A stretch of DNA of 64,000 nt from Candidatus Nealsonbacteria bacterium DGGOD1a (GCA_022530585.1 CP092821.1:70222-134221), one strand, 5' to 3'. Shown: positions 8,354 through 17,829, counted from the first letter of the stretch. Translations and numbers: made by a program. The notes: generated by a model from the sequence alone, not told the origin.

Positions 8354-8372
8354 CAGAGGGTCTAACCCTCTG
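8354..8372. repeat. Short hairpin of the GGGTCTAACCC type
   Basis: cagagggtctaaccctctg. It is related to the core of the 38-nt repeat and lies upstream of the ATPase gene. Confidence 0.7.
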
Positions 8373-8440
8373 AAACCTTCTGAATTTTAAGTGAGGCGGT
8401 TTTGCTTTCGCGAAATCGTTTTTTATTCTAAAATGGAAAA

Positions 8441-10993
8441 ATGGAAAATAATTTGAAAGATATAAAAGGGTTGTCTTCCCGGGAAGTTGAGGAAAGATTG
8501 AAAACCGATGGTTATAATGAAATACCGGCGCAGGGGAAGCGCGGATTTTTTGCGATATTCGTTGAGGTTTTGAAAGAGCCGATGCTTTTGATTTTGGTGG
8601 CCGCGGGAGCGATCTATTTCTTTTTGGGCGAGCCGCGGGACGCATTGATGCTTTCCGTTTTTGTGGTGTTTATCGTGGGGATAACTTTTTACCAGCAGCG
8701 CAAAACCGAGCGCGCTTTGGAGTCGTTGCGCGATCTTTCCAGTCCGCGCGCGCTGGTGATTCGCGACGGGGCGCCGCGCCGCATTGCCGGAAGAGAAGTG
8801 GTGGTCGGCGATATTTTGGTTTTGCGCGAAGGCGACCGGGTGGCCGCCGATAGCGCGGTTTTGGAGTCGGTAAATCTGATGGTTGACGAGTCGTTGTTGA
8901 CCGGAGAATCGCTGGCGGTGGCCAAATCAATTTGGGACGGCAAAGAAGATGCCGCGGCGCATCGCCCGGGGGGTGACAGCCAGCCGTTTATTTATTCGGG
9001 GACATTGATTACCCGCGGCCACGGCTTGGCGCGGGCGCTGGCGATCGGCGCGGCGACGGAAATGGGCAAGATCGGCAAATCGCTTCAGGGGATTAAAGAA
9101 GGGGAAACTCTTTTGAGCAAGGAAACCGGGCGTTTGGCCAGGATATTCGGGATTATCGGATTGTCATTGTGTTTTCTGGCGGTGGTATTCCGATATCTTT
9201 CCAGCAATGAACTGCTTCAAAGCATTTTGTATGGCTTGACCATCGGAATGTCGATGTTGCCCGAAGAATTTCCGGTGGTGATGCTGGTGTTTTTGGCGCT
9301 GGGCGCGTGGCGTATTTCCAAGCGCAAAGTTTTAACGCGCAACGCGTCCGCGATCGAAGCGCTGGGCGCGGCCAATATTTTGTGCGTTGATAAAACCGGC
9401 ACATTGACGCTAAACCAAATGCGGTTGCAGCAGTTATCGTCGGGCGTTGCCAACATCGATCTTGCCGAATATGAGAGCGGCGAAAAAGATTTGCCCGACC
9501 ATTTTAAAAAATTGCTGGAATACGCGATGCTGGCGAGCCAGTCGGACCCTTTTGATCCGCTGGAAAAAGAAATAAAAAGGACGGGAGATTCATTTCTGTT
9601 CTCGGTTAATCGTTTGCAAGAATCATGGAAGCTGGTTAAGGAATATCCGTTTGCCGGAAATCTTTTGGCGCTTTCCCATGTTTGGGAGCCGGGTGACGGC
9701 GATCGTTATGTGGTGGCGGCCAAGGGCGCGCCTGAATCAATTATCGATCTTTGCCATTTAAGCGCCGCCAAGAAGGCGGCGGTTGAAGAACGGATGAAGC
9801 CGCTGCTTGAAAAAGGATTGAGATTGATTGCCGTGGCGGCGGCGAGCGCGGAAAAAACAAAATTGCCGGATTGCGGCCAGCATGATTTTGATTTTGAGTT
9901 CGTGGGGTTGCTTGGATTTTGCGATCCGATCCGGCCGTCGGCGGCGCGCGCGATAAAAGAATGTTATGACGCGGGAATCCGCGTGTGTATGATCACCGGA
10001 GATTATCCGGGAACGGCGCAGCACGCGGCGCGCGCGGTCGGGCTTAAAAATCCGGATGAATATTTGACCGGCGACGATCTTGGCAGTTTCAGCCATGAAC
10101 AGTTGCATAAGCGTTTGAAAACAGTGAATATTTTCGCGCGCGTGGCACCCGAACAAAAAATGCTGATCATCAACGCGTTTAAGGAAGGCGGAGTTGTTAT
10201 CGCGATGACCGGGGACGGCGTGAACGACGCGCCGGCATTGAAATCCGCCAATGTGGGCATTGCCATGGCCGAGCGGGGAACCGATGTGGCGCGCGAAGCC
10301 GCGGATTTGGTTTTGTTAAACGATGATTTCGCGTCGATCGTGGCTGCGGTGCGGATGGGCCGGATGGTTTTCGACAACATTAAAAAAGCGATCAGCTATA
10401 TTTTCGCCGTGCACATTCCAATCGCGGGAATGTCGTTTTTGCCCGTGGCGCTGGGAATGCCGGTGGTTTTTTATCCGGCGCATATCGCGTTTTTGGAATT
10501 GGTGATTGATCCGGCGTGTTCGGTGGCGTTTGAAGCCGAACCCGAAGATGAAAATGTAATGAGCCGGCCGCCGCGAAAATTGGACGAGCCGCTGTTCGGC
10601 AGAAAAGAGATTTTGAGAAGTTTGATGCAAGGCTTGGGAGTGTTGGCCGCGGTATTTTTGGTTTTTCTTTTCGCCATCTGGTCGGGCCGGAGCGAAGGGC
10701 AAACGCGCGCGCTGGCGTTTTTAACCATCGTTATCGCCAATTTGTCATTAATCATTGCCAATCTTTCTTCCGGCAATCCGTTCAAGGTTTTTGCCAATGG
10801 CAACAAAGCGTTTCGATTCATATTCCTCGCCACTTTAATCACGCTGACTTTGGTATTGTGCGTTCCGGCGTTGCGAAGCATTTTCCATTTTGATCCGATC
10901 GCCGCTTCCGATATTATTCCGGCAATCGCCGCCGGCGTTTTGGGCGCTTTCTGGTTGGCGCCGTTGAAAATATTTTTTAAACGAAAATCTTGA
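8441..10993 (+). CDS. P-type cation-transporting ATPase (P2/Ca2+-Mg2+-type)
   Basis: Phosphorylation motif CVDKTGTLT, hinge motif TGDGVNDAPAL, TGES actuator motif, about 10 TM segments, and a Cation_ATPase_N-like start LSSREVEERLKTDGYNEIP. Confidence 0.9.
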   Translation: MENNLKDIKGLSSREVEERLKTDGYNEIPAQGKRGFFAIFVEVLKEPMLLILVAAGAIYFFLGEPRDALMLSVFVVFIVGITFYQQRKTERALESLRDLSSPRALVIRDGAPRRIAGREVVVGDILVLREGDRVAADSAVLESVNLMVDESLLTGESLAVAKSIWDGKEDAAAHRPGGDSQPFIYSGTLITRGHGLARALAIGAATEMGKIGKSLQGIKEGETLLSKETGRLARIFGIIGLSLCFLAVVFRYLSSNELLQSILYGLTIGMSMLPEEFPVVMLVFLALGAWRISKRKVLTRNASAIEALGAANILCVDKTGTLTLNQMRLQQLSSGVANIDLAEYESGEKDLPDHFKKLLEYAMLASQSDPFDPLEKEIKRTGDSFLFSVNRLQESWKLVKEYPFAGNLLALSHVWEPGDGDRYVVAAKGAPESIIDLCHLSAAKKAAVEERMKPLLEKGLRLIAVAAASAEKTKLPDCGQHDFDFEFVGLLGFCDPIRPSAARAIKECYDAGIRVCMITGDYPGTAQHAARAVGLKNPDEYLTGDDLGSFSHEQLHKRLKTVNIFARVAPEQKMLIINAFKEGGVVIAMTGDGVNDAPALKSANVGIAMAERGTDVAREAADLVLLNDDFASIVAAVRMGRMVFDNIKKAISYIFAVHIPIAGMSFLPVALGMPVVFYPAHIAFLELVIDPACSVAFEAEPEDENVMSRPPRKLDEPLFGRKEILRSLMQGLGVLAAVFLVFLFAIWSGRSEGQTRALAFLTIVIANLSLIIANLSSGNPFKVFANGNKAFRFIFLATLITLTLVLCVPALRSIFHFDPIAASDIIPAIAAGVLGAFWLAPLKIFFKRKS

Positions 10994-11060
10994 TTTTTAG
11001 CGTTTAAAATGGTTTAGTAAGGATGAAATGTTTTGTCGGCGCAAAGCCGCGGCAAGACGA

Positions 11061-11148
11061 GGAGGGTTGGCTGAGTGGCCTATAGCGCTGGTCTTGAAAA
11101 CCAGTTGGGGGCAACCCCTCGGAGGTTCGAATCCTCCACCCTCCGCCA
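11061..11148 (+). tRNA. tRNA-Ser (anticodon TGA), CCA encoded
   Basis: Acceptor ggagggt/accctcc, anticodon stem ctggt/accag with loop ctTGAaa, long variable arm, T-loop ggttcgaatcc, terminal gcca. Confidence 0.9.
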
Positions 11149-11190
11149 TGACGATGTCAGCCTGTTTGCCTACGACGGATGCCGCGATCC

Positions 11191-11245
11191 GAATATTTTA
11201 GGAAAAATCGCTCTTTGGGCGATTTCTTAGTATAATCAAATTAAA
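11191..11245 (+). promoter_or_regulatory. Repeated hairpin plus -10-like block, copy 1
   Basis: aaaaatcgctctttgggcgattt hairpin followed by tagtataat. A near-identical block lies at 13531-13586. Both precede membrane-anchored protein genes. Confidence 0.5.
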
Positions 11246-11250
11246 TATTT

Positions 11251-11601
11251 ATGGGTAATGTATTAAAAAACAACCCAAAAGCATACTTGCAGATAATAAC
11301 ATTCGCAATCTTGCTTTTTGTTTTTTATAAACTGGGCTTCCCATCGTATTTTATTGTTGGGATGGGGATTTTTATTTTACTGCTCATTTTGTTAAAGGGA
11401 AAACTTTTTAATAAGATTGATTCTTTTTTGACCGCCAGATTGCCTTTTCTTTCCAAGCAAAGCCCGCGCGTTAAAAAGCTGATTATCGCGATTGCTTTTG
11501 TTATCGCGTATATTTTTTTGAAACAAATCGCCTTTTTTGTTTTGTCGCGGTTCGGGGTTGATGTTCAAAAAATAATAATGGATGGCGTTAATAATAATTG
11601 A
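11251..11601 (+). CDS. Small integral membrane protein (hypothetical)
   Basis: Three or four hydrophobic helices. No motif recognised. Confidence 0.5.
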   Translation: MGNVLKNNPKAYLQIITFAILLFVFYKLGFPSYFIVGMGIFILLLILLKGKLFNKIDSFLTARLPFLSKQSPRVKKLIIAIAFVIAYIFLKQIAFFVLSRFGVDVQKIIMDGVNNN

Positions 11602-11695
11602 AAAAGGTAATTGGAAAAATACCATGGCGGATTTTATTAAAACAATTTAGAATACCATCGTAATAAAATATTTATTCACGGCTAGCTTTGATTTT

Positions 11696-12532
11696 ATGAA
11701 TAAAGAGATTATAACAACAAAAATAGCGATTTTCCGAAAAAAAGAGATACGCAAAATCATTCATAATAACGAGTGGTATTTTTCAGTTTCTGATGTAATC
11801 GAGGCATTAACCGATACTGTCGATGTCAGAGATTACATAAAAAAAATGAGAAAGCGTGATGTTAAGTTGGATGATTACTGGGGGACAAATTGTCCCCTGC
11901 TTGGAATGATTGCGAAAGATGGCAGAAAAAGGAAAATTACCAGTGCGAATACAGAAGGAATTTTTCGTATTATCCAGTCAATCCCGTCTCCAAAAGCCGA
12001 ACCATTCAAGCGTTGGCTGGCAAAAGTGGGATATGAAAGAGTGCGGGAAATTGAAGATCCGGAATTGGCAACCAAGAGAACGAGGGCGCTTTATAAACTC
12101 AAAGGGTATTCTGAAAGTTGGATAGAAAAACGAATGCGCGGAATTGCCATTCGCGAAGAATTGACGGATGAATGGCAAAAATGCGGCGTAAAAGAGCAAA
12201 AAGAATATGAGATTTTGACCGCCGAGATTTCCAAAGCCACTTTCGGCATGACTCCGAGTGAATATAAAAAGCTGAAGGGGCTAAAAAGACAGAATTTACG
12301 CGACCACATGAATGATCTGGAATTGATTTTTAATATGCTTGGTGAGCGGGTGACAACAGAAATATCGCAACAAGAAAATCCGGATACTTTTGTAAAAAAT
12401 AAAAAAGTGGCAAAAAGAGGCGGTGGTATTGCCGGAAATGCCCGCAAACAAACAGAAAGAGAATTGGGCAGGCCGATTATATCAAAAGAAAACTATTTGC
12501 AAAAACCAGAAGAAAAGAAAAGGTTGAAATAA
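11696..12532 (+). CDS. BRO-N domain protein (DinD/antirepressor-like)
   Basis: N-terminal FRKKEIRKIIHNNEWYFSVSDVIEALT and the later PKAEPFKRWLAKVGYERV are typical of Bro-N-containing proteins, often phage-derived. Confidence 0.6.
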   Translation: MNKEIITTKIAIFRKKEIRKIIHNNEWYFSVSDVIEALTDTVDVRDYIKKMRKRDVKLDDYWGTNCPLLGMIAKDGRKRKITSANTEGIFRIIQSIPSPKAEPFKRWLAKVGYERVREIEDPELATKRTRALYKLKGYSESWIEKRMRGIAIREELTDEWQKCGVKEQKEYEILTAEISKATFGMTPSEYKKLKGLKRQNLRDHMNDLELIFNMLGERVTTEISQQENPDTFVKNKKVAKRGGGIAGNARKQTERELGRPIISKENYLQKPEEKKRLK

Positions 12533-12812
12533 GAATCGATGCTTTGCCGAATTTAAATGGTCGCCAATAAATAATGATTTTTGTAAAAAATTAGTTTGCG
12601 AACAAGGGAAAATTTAGGTGGCAGGTATCGATTCCAATAAATTTCATTTATAATTCACTTAATAATAAACTTATAAAAAAAGTTGGTTCCGCGAATTGCG
12701 AACCCGTTACCGGCAAATCATTGACCTGGCAAATCACCGGAGCGGTGTTTTTATTATTGGCGTATTGTTAATTTACAAAAATATTAAAAAGCAAAAAATA
12801 TGAACAAACAAT

Positions 12813-13160
12813 ATGGATGAAAAAGTAAAACAATACATAGATAAACAAAAATCTCCGCAAAAAGAGATTATTATGGCTGTCCGAAGAATATTTTTTAAAA
12901 CCTTGAAAAATTGCGGGGAAAAATTTGGTTGGGGTGTAATTGTCCTATGCGGGGGCAAGTTTTATATTGCGGCCATGGAAAGCAGGGTGCATGTCGGTTT
13001 TTCCATCCTTGGCTTAGACAAGGAAGAAATTAAATTTTTGGAAGGAGGGGGCAAAACAATGAGACATATTAAAATTCCGGATTTAGCCAGCATTGACGAA
13101 GAAAAATTAAAAAAATTAATTAAATTGGTCGATAAAAATGCCAAGTGTGTTGAGTGTTGA
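12813..13160 (+). CDS. DUF1801 (YdhG-like) domain protein
   Basis: The start VKQYIDKQKSPQKEIIMAVRRIF and overall size match the DUF1801 pattern as remembered. Confidence 0.5.
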   Translation: MDEKVKQYIDKQKSPQKEIIMAVRRIFFKTLKNCGEKFGWGVIVLCGGKFYIAAMESRVHVGFSILGLDKEEIKFLEGGGKTMRHIKIPDLASIDEEKLKKLIKLVDKNAKCVEC

Positions 13161-13184
13161 AATTATTATTAATATAATTAAACT

Positions 13185-13496
13185 ATGAATAAATTTTGTG
13201 GAAGCTGCGGAATGCCATTAACTAAAAAAGAAGATTTTGCGCAAGGAGACGAAAATTCAAATTTTTGCCTGTATTGCGCCAATGCGGACGGTAGCGTTAA
13301 AACTTGCAAAGAGATTTTTGAAGGCGGTGTTCAATTTTTTCTGAGTCAAATCGGCGGCGACCGAAAAATGGCGGAAAAAATTACCCGTAAAAATATAAGC
13401 GGATTGCCGTATTGGCAGAACAAAGATTGCCCGATTCTTCAGGGAGAAATGGCAACCGATGAAGAATTTGCCGAAGTAATGAAGAAATTGGGGTAA
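13185..13496 (+). CDS. Zinc-ribbon protein (paralog of 19596-19865)
   Basis: CGSCGMPL...NFCLYC four-Cys ribbon. The same architecture occurs in the 19596 ORF (CQSCGMPM...YCQFC). Confidence 0.6.
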   Translation: MNKFCGSCGMPLTKKEDFAQGDENSNFCLYCANADGSVKTCKEIFEGGVQFFLSQIGGDRKMAEKITRKNISGLPYWQNKDCPILQGEMATDEEFAEVMKKLG

Positions 13497-13530
13497 ATGG
13501 AGGTTTGAATTTTAACCGCCGCGCAATTCG

Positions 13531-13586
13531 GAATGTTTTAAAGAAAAATCGCTCTTTGGGCGATTTTTTAGTACAATCAAGTTAAA
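13531..13586 (+). promoter_or_regulatory. Repeated hairpin plus -10-like block, copy 2
   Basis: gaatgttttaaagaaaaatcgctctttgggcgattttttagtacaatcaagttaaat is near-identical to 11191-11245. Confidence 0.5.
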
Positions 13587-13659
13587 TGCGAATATATCCT
13601 ATAAAAGATAAAGCATTTAACCAATCTAAATGGCGGATTTGATAAATTATAAAAACATT

Positions 13660-14169
13660 ATGAGAAAAATCATTTTGGGAGCGGGGGTTCTGCTGGTTAT
13701 CGGCGGGGCGGTTTATTTTGCCGGCAATTTGCCAAAATCGGAAAAAGAGCCGGACGCGGCGGCGGATTCGCGGTGCGTTCAAATATGCGATGAGGCAAAA
13801 TCAATCTGCCCTTCTTTGACGCAATCCGCCGATTGCGCGGCCGAATGCGCCGGTTGGAGCGAGGAAGTGAAAAATAAAGTTGCCGCGGCCGGAACTTGCC
13901 AGGATTTATCCGGCATTCCCGAGCTGGTGTCGGTGTTAATTCCGGAAATGAACGCTCCCGAGCCGATAAATCCGAGCAATGATTGCGAGGCGGCGTGCGG
14001 CAGTTATGTTTCAAAATGTTTGAGCTTGGTGCCCAATGCCACCCCGGCATTGTTTGAAGAGGGGCAGTCGTCTTGCATGGACGAATGCGCCGGCTGGAAC
14101 GCGGCAAAAGTGGAATGTATGATTTCCGCTTTTGATTGCGAGGCAATGACTGATGTTTGCGGGTTATAA
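13660..14169 (+). CDS. Membrane-anchored Cys-rich extracytoplasmic protein
   Basis: N-terminal TM segment (IILGAGVLLVIGGAVYFAG), then 14+ Cys in a repeated C-x-x-E-C-A-G-W pattern. Confidence 0.55.
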   Translation: MRKIILGAGVLLVIGGAVYFAGNLPKSEKEPDAAADSRCVQICDEAKSICPSLTQSADCAAECAGWSEEVKNKVAAAGTCQDLSGIPELVSVLIPEMNAPEPINPSNDCEAACGSYVSKCLSLVPNATPALFEEGQSSCMDECAGWNAAKVECMISAFDCEAMTDVCGL

Positions 14170-14177
14170 CCAAACTT

Positions 14178-15125
14178 ATGGATAAAAAACTTTTAATCGG
14201 TTTGGGAGGGATTGCCGCGGCCGGGCTTATCGGCGGCGGAGTATATTTGGCGAGCAATGAATTTGATTTTCTCAAACAATCGGACGCGGAAGTGGAAGAA
14301 GAGCGCCGCCAAACCGCCCAAAAAATCGACAATCTCTATTTTGAAGAATTGAAAAACACGGAGCGATATTCTTTTTGCGTCGGCAAAGAAAAAATCACCG
14401 GCACCTACAAAAGCACGATTATGGGCGGCGAGCGAGGCGAGGTGAACTATTCTTCGGATGACATCAGCTTGTTTGACAAAGAGCAGAACAGGATTTATGT
14501 CTTGGGGCGGACGATTGATTATCAATATAACGGAGAGGCGCGATATGATGTTGCCCCCGGGGTTGGCACGGTCAAGATCAAAGAAAGCGGGCAAACAACC
14601 GAATATTACCAAAAAAACACCGCGCCTCTCCGCTTGGATTATTCGGCCAACACGCTTTTTCCCGCGCCCGAACGCAAACAAAAAGATTGGGTGGCGATTA
14701 ATACTGATATGTTTGGCGCGGTGATGAGCGCGTCGGGAGAAAGAAATGAGAACGACCGGGGAGACGCCAAAACATTTTGTTTGCCGGTGAATTTGAATTC
14801 CCGATTTTTAGCCAGCGGTTTTTCGGCGGATTCCGCCAGGGTCATTTATAACGGCGATTGCGACACTCCGGCAGTCAACGACGGGGTGAGTTTTTCCGGC
14901 CGCTATAACTACACTTGCGATTTTATTGATTACGGGCAAGCGTTTGTTTTGATGGAAGATTATCGCGCCAAAGAATCCGCGTCCGCGCGCGCCCAAGACG
15001 CGTCTTTGGCGGAACAATTGGAAATGCAAGCCGAAGACGAGGAAAGCCGCCCCTCCGATGAGGAAATGCGCCAACGGCTTGAAGAATTGAAGCGCGAGAT
15101 GCAAGCCGATGTGTCGGCGCAATAG
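14178..15125 (+). CDS. Membrane-anchored hypothetical protein with an acidic C-terminal tail
   Basis: N-terminal TM segment (LLIGLGGIAAAGLIGGGVYLA). No motif recognised. Confidence 0.5.
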   Translation: MDKKLLIGLGGIAAAGLIGGGVYLASNEFDFLKQSDAEVEEERRQTAQKIDNLYFEELKNTERYSFCVGKEKITGTYKSTIMGGERGEVNYSSDDISLFDKEQNRIYVLGRTIDYQYNGEARYDVAPGVGTVKIKESGQTTEYYQKNTAPLRLDYSANTLFPAPERKQKDWVAINTDMFGAVMSASGERNENDRGDAKTFCLPVNLNSRFLASGFSADSARVIYNGDCDTPAVNDGVSFSGRYNYTCDFIDYGQAFVLMEDYRAKESASARAQDASLAEQLEMQAEDEESRPSDEEMRQRLEELKREMQADVSAQ

Positions 15126-15305
15126 AAACAAAACAGTAATCATTGGAACCCGTTTATTGAGTTTTGTATTTTAAGGGTCTATCCCCTGCGACTTCTCTTG
15201 AGGCTTTTGCGAATGGCGATGTTTATTTTGGATTCATTAGCAATCACAGCCAACTCTGTAAAAAATAAGATTATGTAATGAAACTATATAAAAATTGCGG
15301 ATTTC

Positions 15306-15327
15306 GACAAACTATATATAGTTTGTC
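15306..15327. promoter_or_regulatory. 22-bp perfect palindrome (candidate operator) upstream of the cupin gene
   Basis: gacaaactatatatagtttgtc. Confidence 0.5.
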
Positions 15328-15406
15328 ATTGGACAATTATAACGGGACGGGTTAGCCTTAAATAAAGGTCATAATTTAAAAATAATTAAAATTTAAAAAC
15401 AAAAAT

Positions 15407-15802
15407 ATGAAAGGTTTTTCAATCAATATAGAAGACGCGGCAAAAGAAAATGAAAATTTTCGCAAGGTGCTTTATACCGGCAAATTCAGCCAGCTGGTGG
15501 TGATGAACCTAAAACCCGGCGAAGAAATCGGCGCGGAGGTTCACGAAACGCATGATCAATTTTTTCGCTTTGAAAAAGGGGAAGGCAAGGTAATAATTGA
15601 TGATAACGAATACGCGGTGGAAGATGATTTTGCCGTGATCGTGCCCGCGGGCGCCAATCACAATGTGGTCAACACCGGCGGTGAGGATTTGAAACTCTAC
15701 ACGATTTATTCTCCCGCCGAACATCGCGAAGGAGTGGTTCATGCCACCAAAGAAGAAGCGGTGGCCGACGATGAACACTTTGATGGCGTCACTACCGAAT
15801 AA
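15407..15802 (+). CDS. Cupin-domain protein
   Basis: Two cupin motifs: GEEIGAEVHETHDQFFRFEKGEG and VIVPAGANHNVVNTG. Confidence 0.75.
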   Translation: MKGFSINIEDAAKENENFRKVLYTGKFSQLVVMNLKPGEEIGAEVHETHDQFFRFEKGEGKVIIDDNEYAVEDDFAVIVPAGANHNVVNTGGEDLKLYTIYSPAEHREGVVHATKEEAVADDEHFDGVTTE

Positions 15803-16580
15803 TTTCATTGTTCCATATCGCGATATTGGCGATTTGCCGGATTTTTTGGCGCAGGGCGTCCAAAATATCTTCGGTGGCGATTTGACCGGTTTTTATCTCA
15901 CCGGTTCTTTGTCTTACGGCGATTTTGAACCGGGGCGCAGCGACATTGATTTGGCCGCGGTTTTGGAAAAACCGGCGCAACCCGATCAAATCGACAAAAT
16001 CAGAAAATTGCATCAGGCGGCCGAACAAAAATTTAATCAATGGGCGGGAAGAATCGAATGTTCTTATGTTCCGCGATCGATGCTGGCCGAGGTTTTGCCG
16101 CCGAAAGAGCCGCGGCCATACTTTGGCGCCGGTATTTTTTATCCCGCCGCGCCTTACGGCAACGAATGGCTTATCAACCGGCATTTTCTTTACCAAAACG
16201 GGATCGCGCTTTTGGGGCCGGATTTTAGAACGCTGGCGGCGCCGGTGGCAACGGCGGATTTAAGAGAGGCGTGCGTTCGGGATTTGCGCGAAGAGTGGGC
16301 GCCCAAAATCAACGACGAGAATTTCTTGAATAACAGCCATTGCCAATCGTATGTTGTTTTGAATTTATGCCGGATTCTTTATGCCGTTGCCAACGGCGAA
16401 GCGGTTTCCAAAAAAGCCGCGGCCGAATGGGCAAAATCCGAATATCCGCAATGGAAAGATTTGGTAGAAACCGCCGAAAGCTGGGGTTATGGAATAGAAA
16501 TGGAACGCCAAAATGAAACAATCGGGTTTATAAAATTTGCCGTCGCCAAAGCGAATCCGTTGAATAGCGGCAGTTCTTGA
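15783..16580 (+). CDS. Nucleotidyltransferase with an AadA/ANT(3'')-like C-terminal (DUF4111-type) domain
   Basis: NTase motif GSLSYGDFEPGRSDIDL. The C-terminal part ...AVANGEAVSKKAAAEWAKSEYPQW resembles the aminoglycoside adenylyltransferase helical domain. Start chosen at MASLPNN. Confidence 0.6.
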   Translation: MASLPNNFIVPYRDIGDLPDFLAQGVQNIFGGDLTGFYLTGSLSYGDFEPGRSDIDLAAVLEKPAQPDQIDKIRKLHQAAEQKFNQWAGRIECSYVPRSMLAEVLPPKEPRPYFGAGIFYPAAPYGNEWLINRHFLYQNGIALLGPDFRTLAAPVATADLREACVRDLREEWAPKINDENFLNNSHCQSYVVLNLCRILYAVANGEAVSKKAAAEWAKSEYPQWKDLVETAESWGYGIEMERQNETIGFIKFAVAKANPLNSGSS

Positions 16581-16596
16581 CAATATTGAGTGGTGA

Positions 16597-16620
16597 TATA
16601 CAATGTAATTATATTGTATA
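16597..16620. promoter_or_regulatory. Palindrome TATACAAT-N8-ATTGTATA upstream of the DinJ-like gene (candidate operator)
   Basis: tatacaatgtaattatattgtata lies 20 nt upstream of the ATG at 16640. Confidence 0.5.
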
Positions 16621-16639
16621 TATTATAATCAAAACCAAT

Positions 16640-17110
16640 ATGAGCGAGGTAATTAATTTTCGAGTTGATAAAAAAGTGAAAAGCGAAGCGCAAGCGATTG
16701 CCAAAAAAATGGGGCTTAATTTGAGCGATGTAATGAATCTTTTATTGCGCCAGATAGTTCGCGATAAAACGATTGAAATTAGACCAAGAGAATTGACTAA
16801 AAAAGTGAAATTGGCGGTGCATGTGCCGGTGGCGCACGCCGATGTTGTGCGCCGGGCGCTGGGGGTGGCGGGCGCGGGGAGGATCGGGAATTATGGTTTT
16901 TGCTCGTTTTCATGCCGGGGAACGGGGCGGTTTTGGGGAAACGAAAAATCCCATCCGGCCATCGGCAAGGCAGGCAAGCTGGAAACCGCCCAAGAAGAAC
17001 GGATCGAAGTCACGGTGCCGCGCGCGATTTTGCAAGAAGTGATCGCGAAGATGAAATCCGTCCACCCTTACGAAGAACCCACATTCGATATTTACCCGAT
17101 TGAAAACTGA
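16640..17110 (+). CDS. Fusion: RelB/DinJ-type RHH antitoxin-like N-terminus plus a NIF3/YqfO insert-type (PII-like) domain
   Basis: The N-terminus INFRVDKKVKSEAQAIAKKMGLNLSDVMNLLLRQIV matches the DinJ pattern. The C-terminus has VHVPVAHADVVRRALGVAGAGRIGNYGFCSFSCRGTGRF...HPYEEPTFDIYPI, typical of the NIF3 insertion domain. Confidence 0.6.
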   Translation: MSEVINFRVDKKVKSEAQAIAKKMGLNLSDVMNLLLRQIVRDKTIEIRPRELTKKVKLAVHVPVAHADVVRRALGVAGAGRIGNYGFCSFSCRGTGRFWGNEKSHPAIGKAGKLETAQEERIEVTVPRAILQEVIAKMKSVHPYEEPTFDIYPIEN

Positions 17111-17143
17111 TTATGAACGGAATTAATCAACCAAATCAAAAAA

Positions 17144-17674
17144 TTGATAAAAAAGGAATGTTTTGCGAATGGGAGCGAATGGTTTTACAGTATTCATTTG
17201 TTGGCGGTGGAAAAATTTGCCAAGGAGCTTTTGGGAAAATTGCCCAAGGCGGATAAAGAATTGGTGATGCTGGGGGTTTGGTTGCACGATTTGCAACGGG
17301 TGCGTGGAATAAAAGGTGATCATGTGAAAATTGGCGCGACAGAAGCGGGCAAGACCATGGAACAAATTGGATATGGGCAAGAAGCGATTGAGCGCGTTAA
17401 GGAAACAATTTTGGCGCATAGCTACGATGGCAAAGTCCGGCCCAAAACATTGGAAGGCAAGATTTTGGCGACCGCGGACGCGATGTCGCACTTTACCAAT
17501 GATTTTTATTTGGAAATTGCGGTTATGGGTCGGCGTGATGTAAAAGGTTTCAAAAAATGGGCTTTGGAAAAAATAGAACGCGATTATCACAAAAAAATAT
17601 TTTTCCCTTTTGCCAAAAAAATTGTCGCCAAACACTATCGTGCTTTGAAAGAATTTCTAACGATGGGAGGATGA
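17144..17674 (+). CDS. HD-domain phosphohydrolase
   Basis: H...HD...H...D pattern (IHLL..., VWLHDLQR, AHSYDG, TADAMSHF). Confidence 0.65.
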   Translation: MIKKECFANGSEWFYSIHLLAVEKFAKELLGKLPKADKELVMLGVWLHDLQRVRGIKGDHVKIGATEAGKTMEQIGYGQEAIERVKETILAHSYDGKVRPKTLEGKILATADAMSHFTNDFYLEIAVMGRRDVKGFKKWALEKIERDYHKKIFFPFAKKIVAKHYRALKEFLTMGG

Positions 17675-17750
17675 GGTTTGTTTTCCGCTTTGTGATGAAA
17701 ATATAGGATAACTTTTAATTACGAAACCGTTGAATTCAAATACTTTTAAA

Positions 17751-17788
17751 GGGGTCTAACCCCTGCGATTACACAGGGGATAGACCCC
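17751..17788. repeat. 38-nt GC-rich nested hairpin repeat, copy 2
   Basis: Identical to copy 1: ggggtctaacccctgcgattacacaggggatagacccc. Confidence 0.9.
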
Positions 17789-17829
17789 AAAATACAAAGC
17801 GTTTCGTAATTTAAGGAAATAAATTGGAT

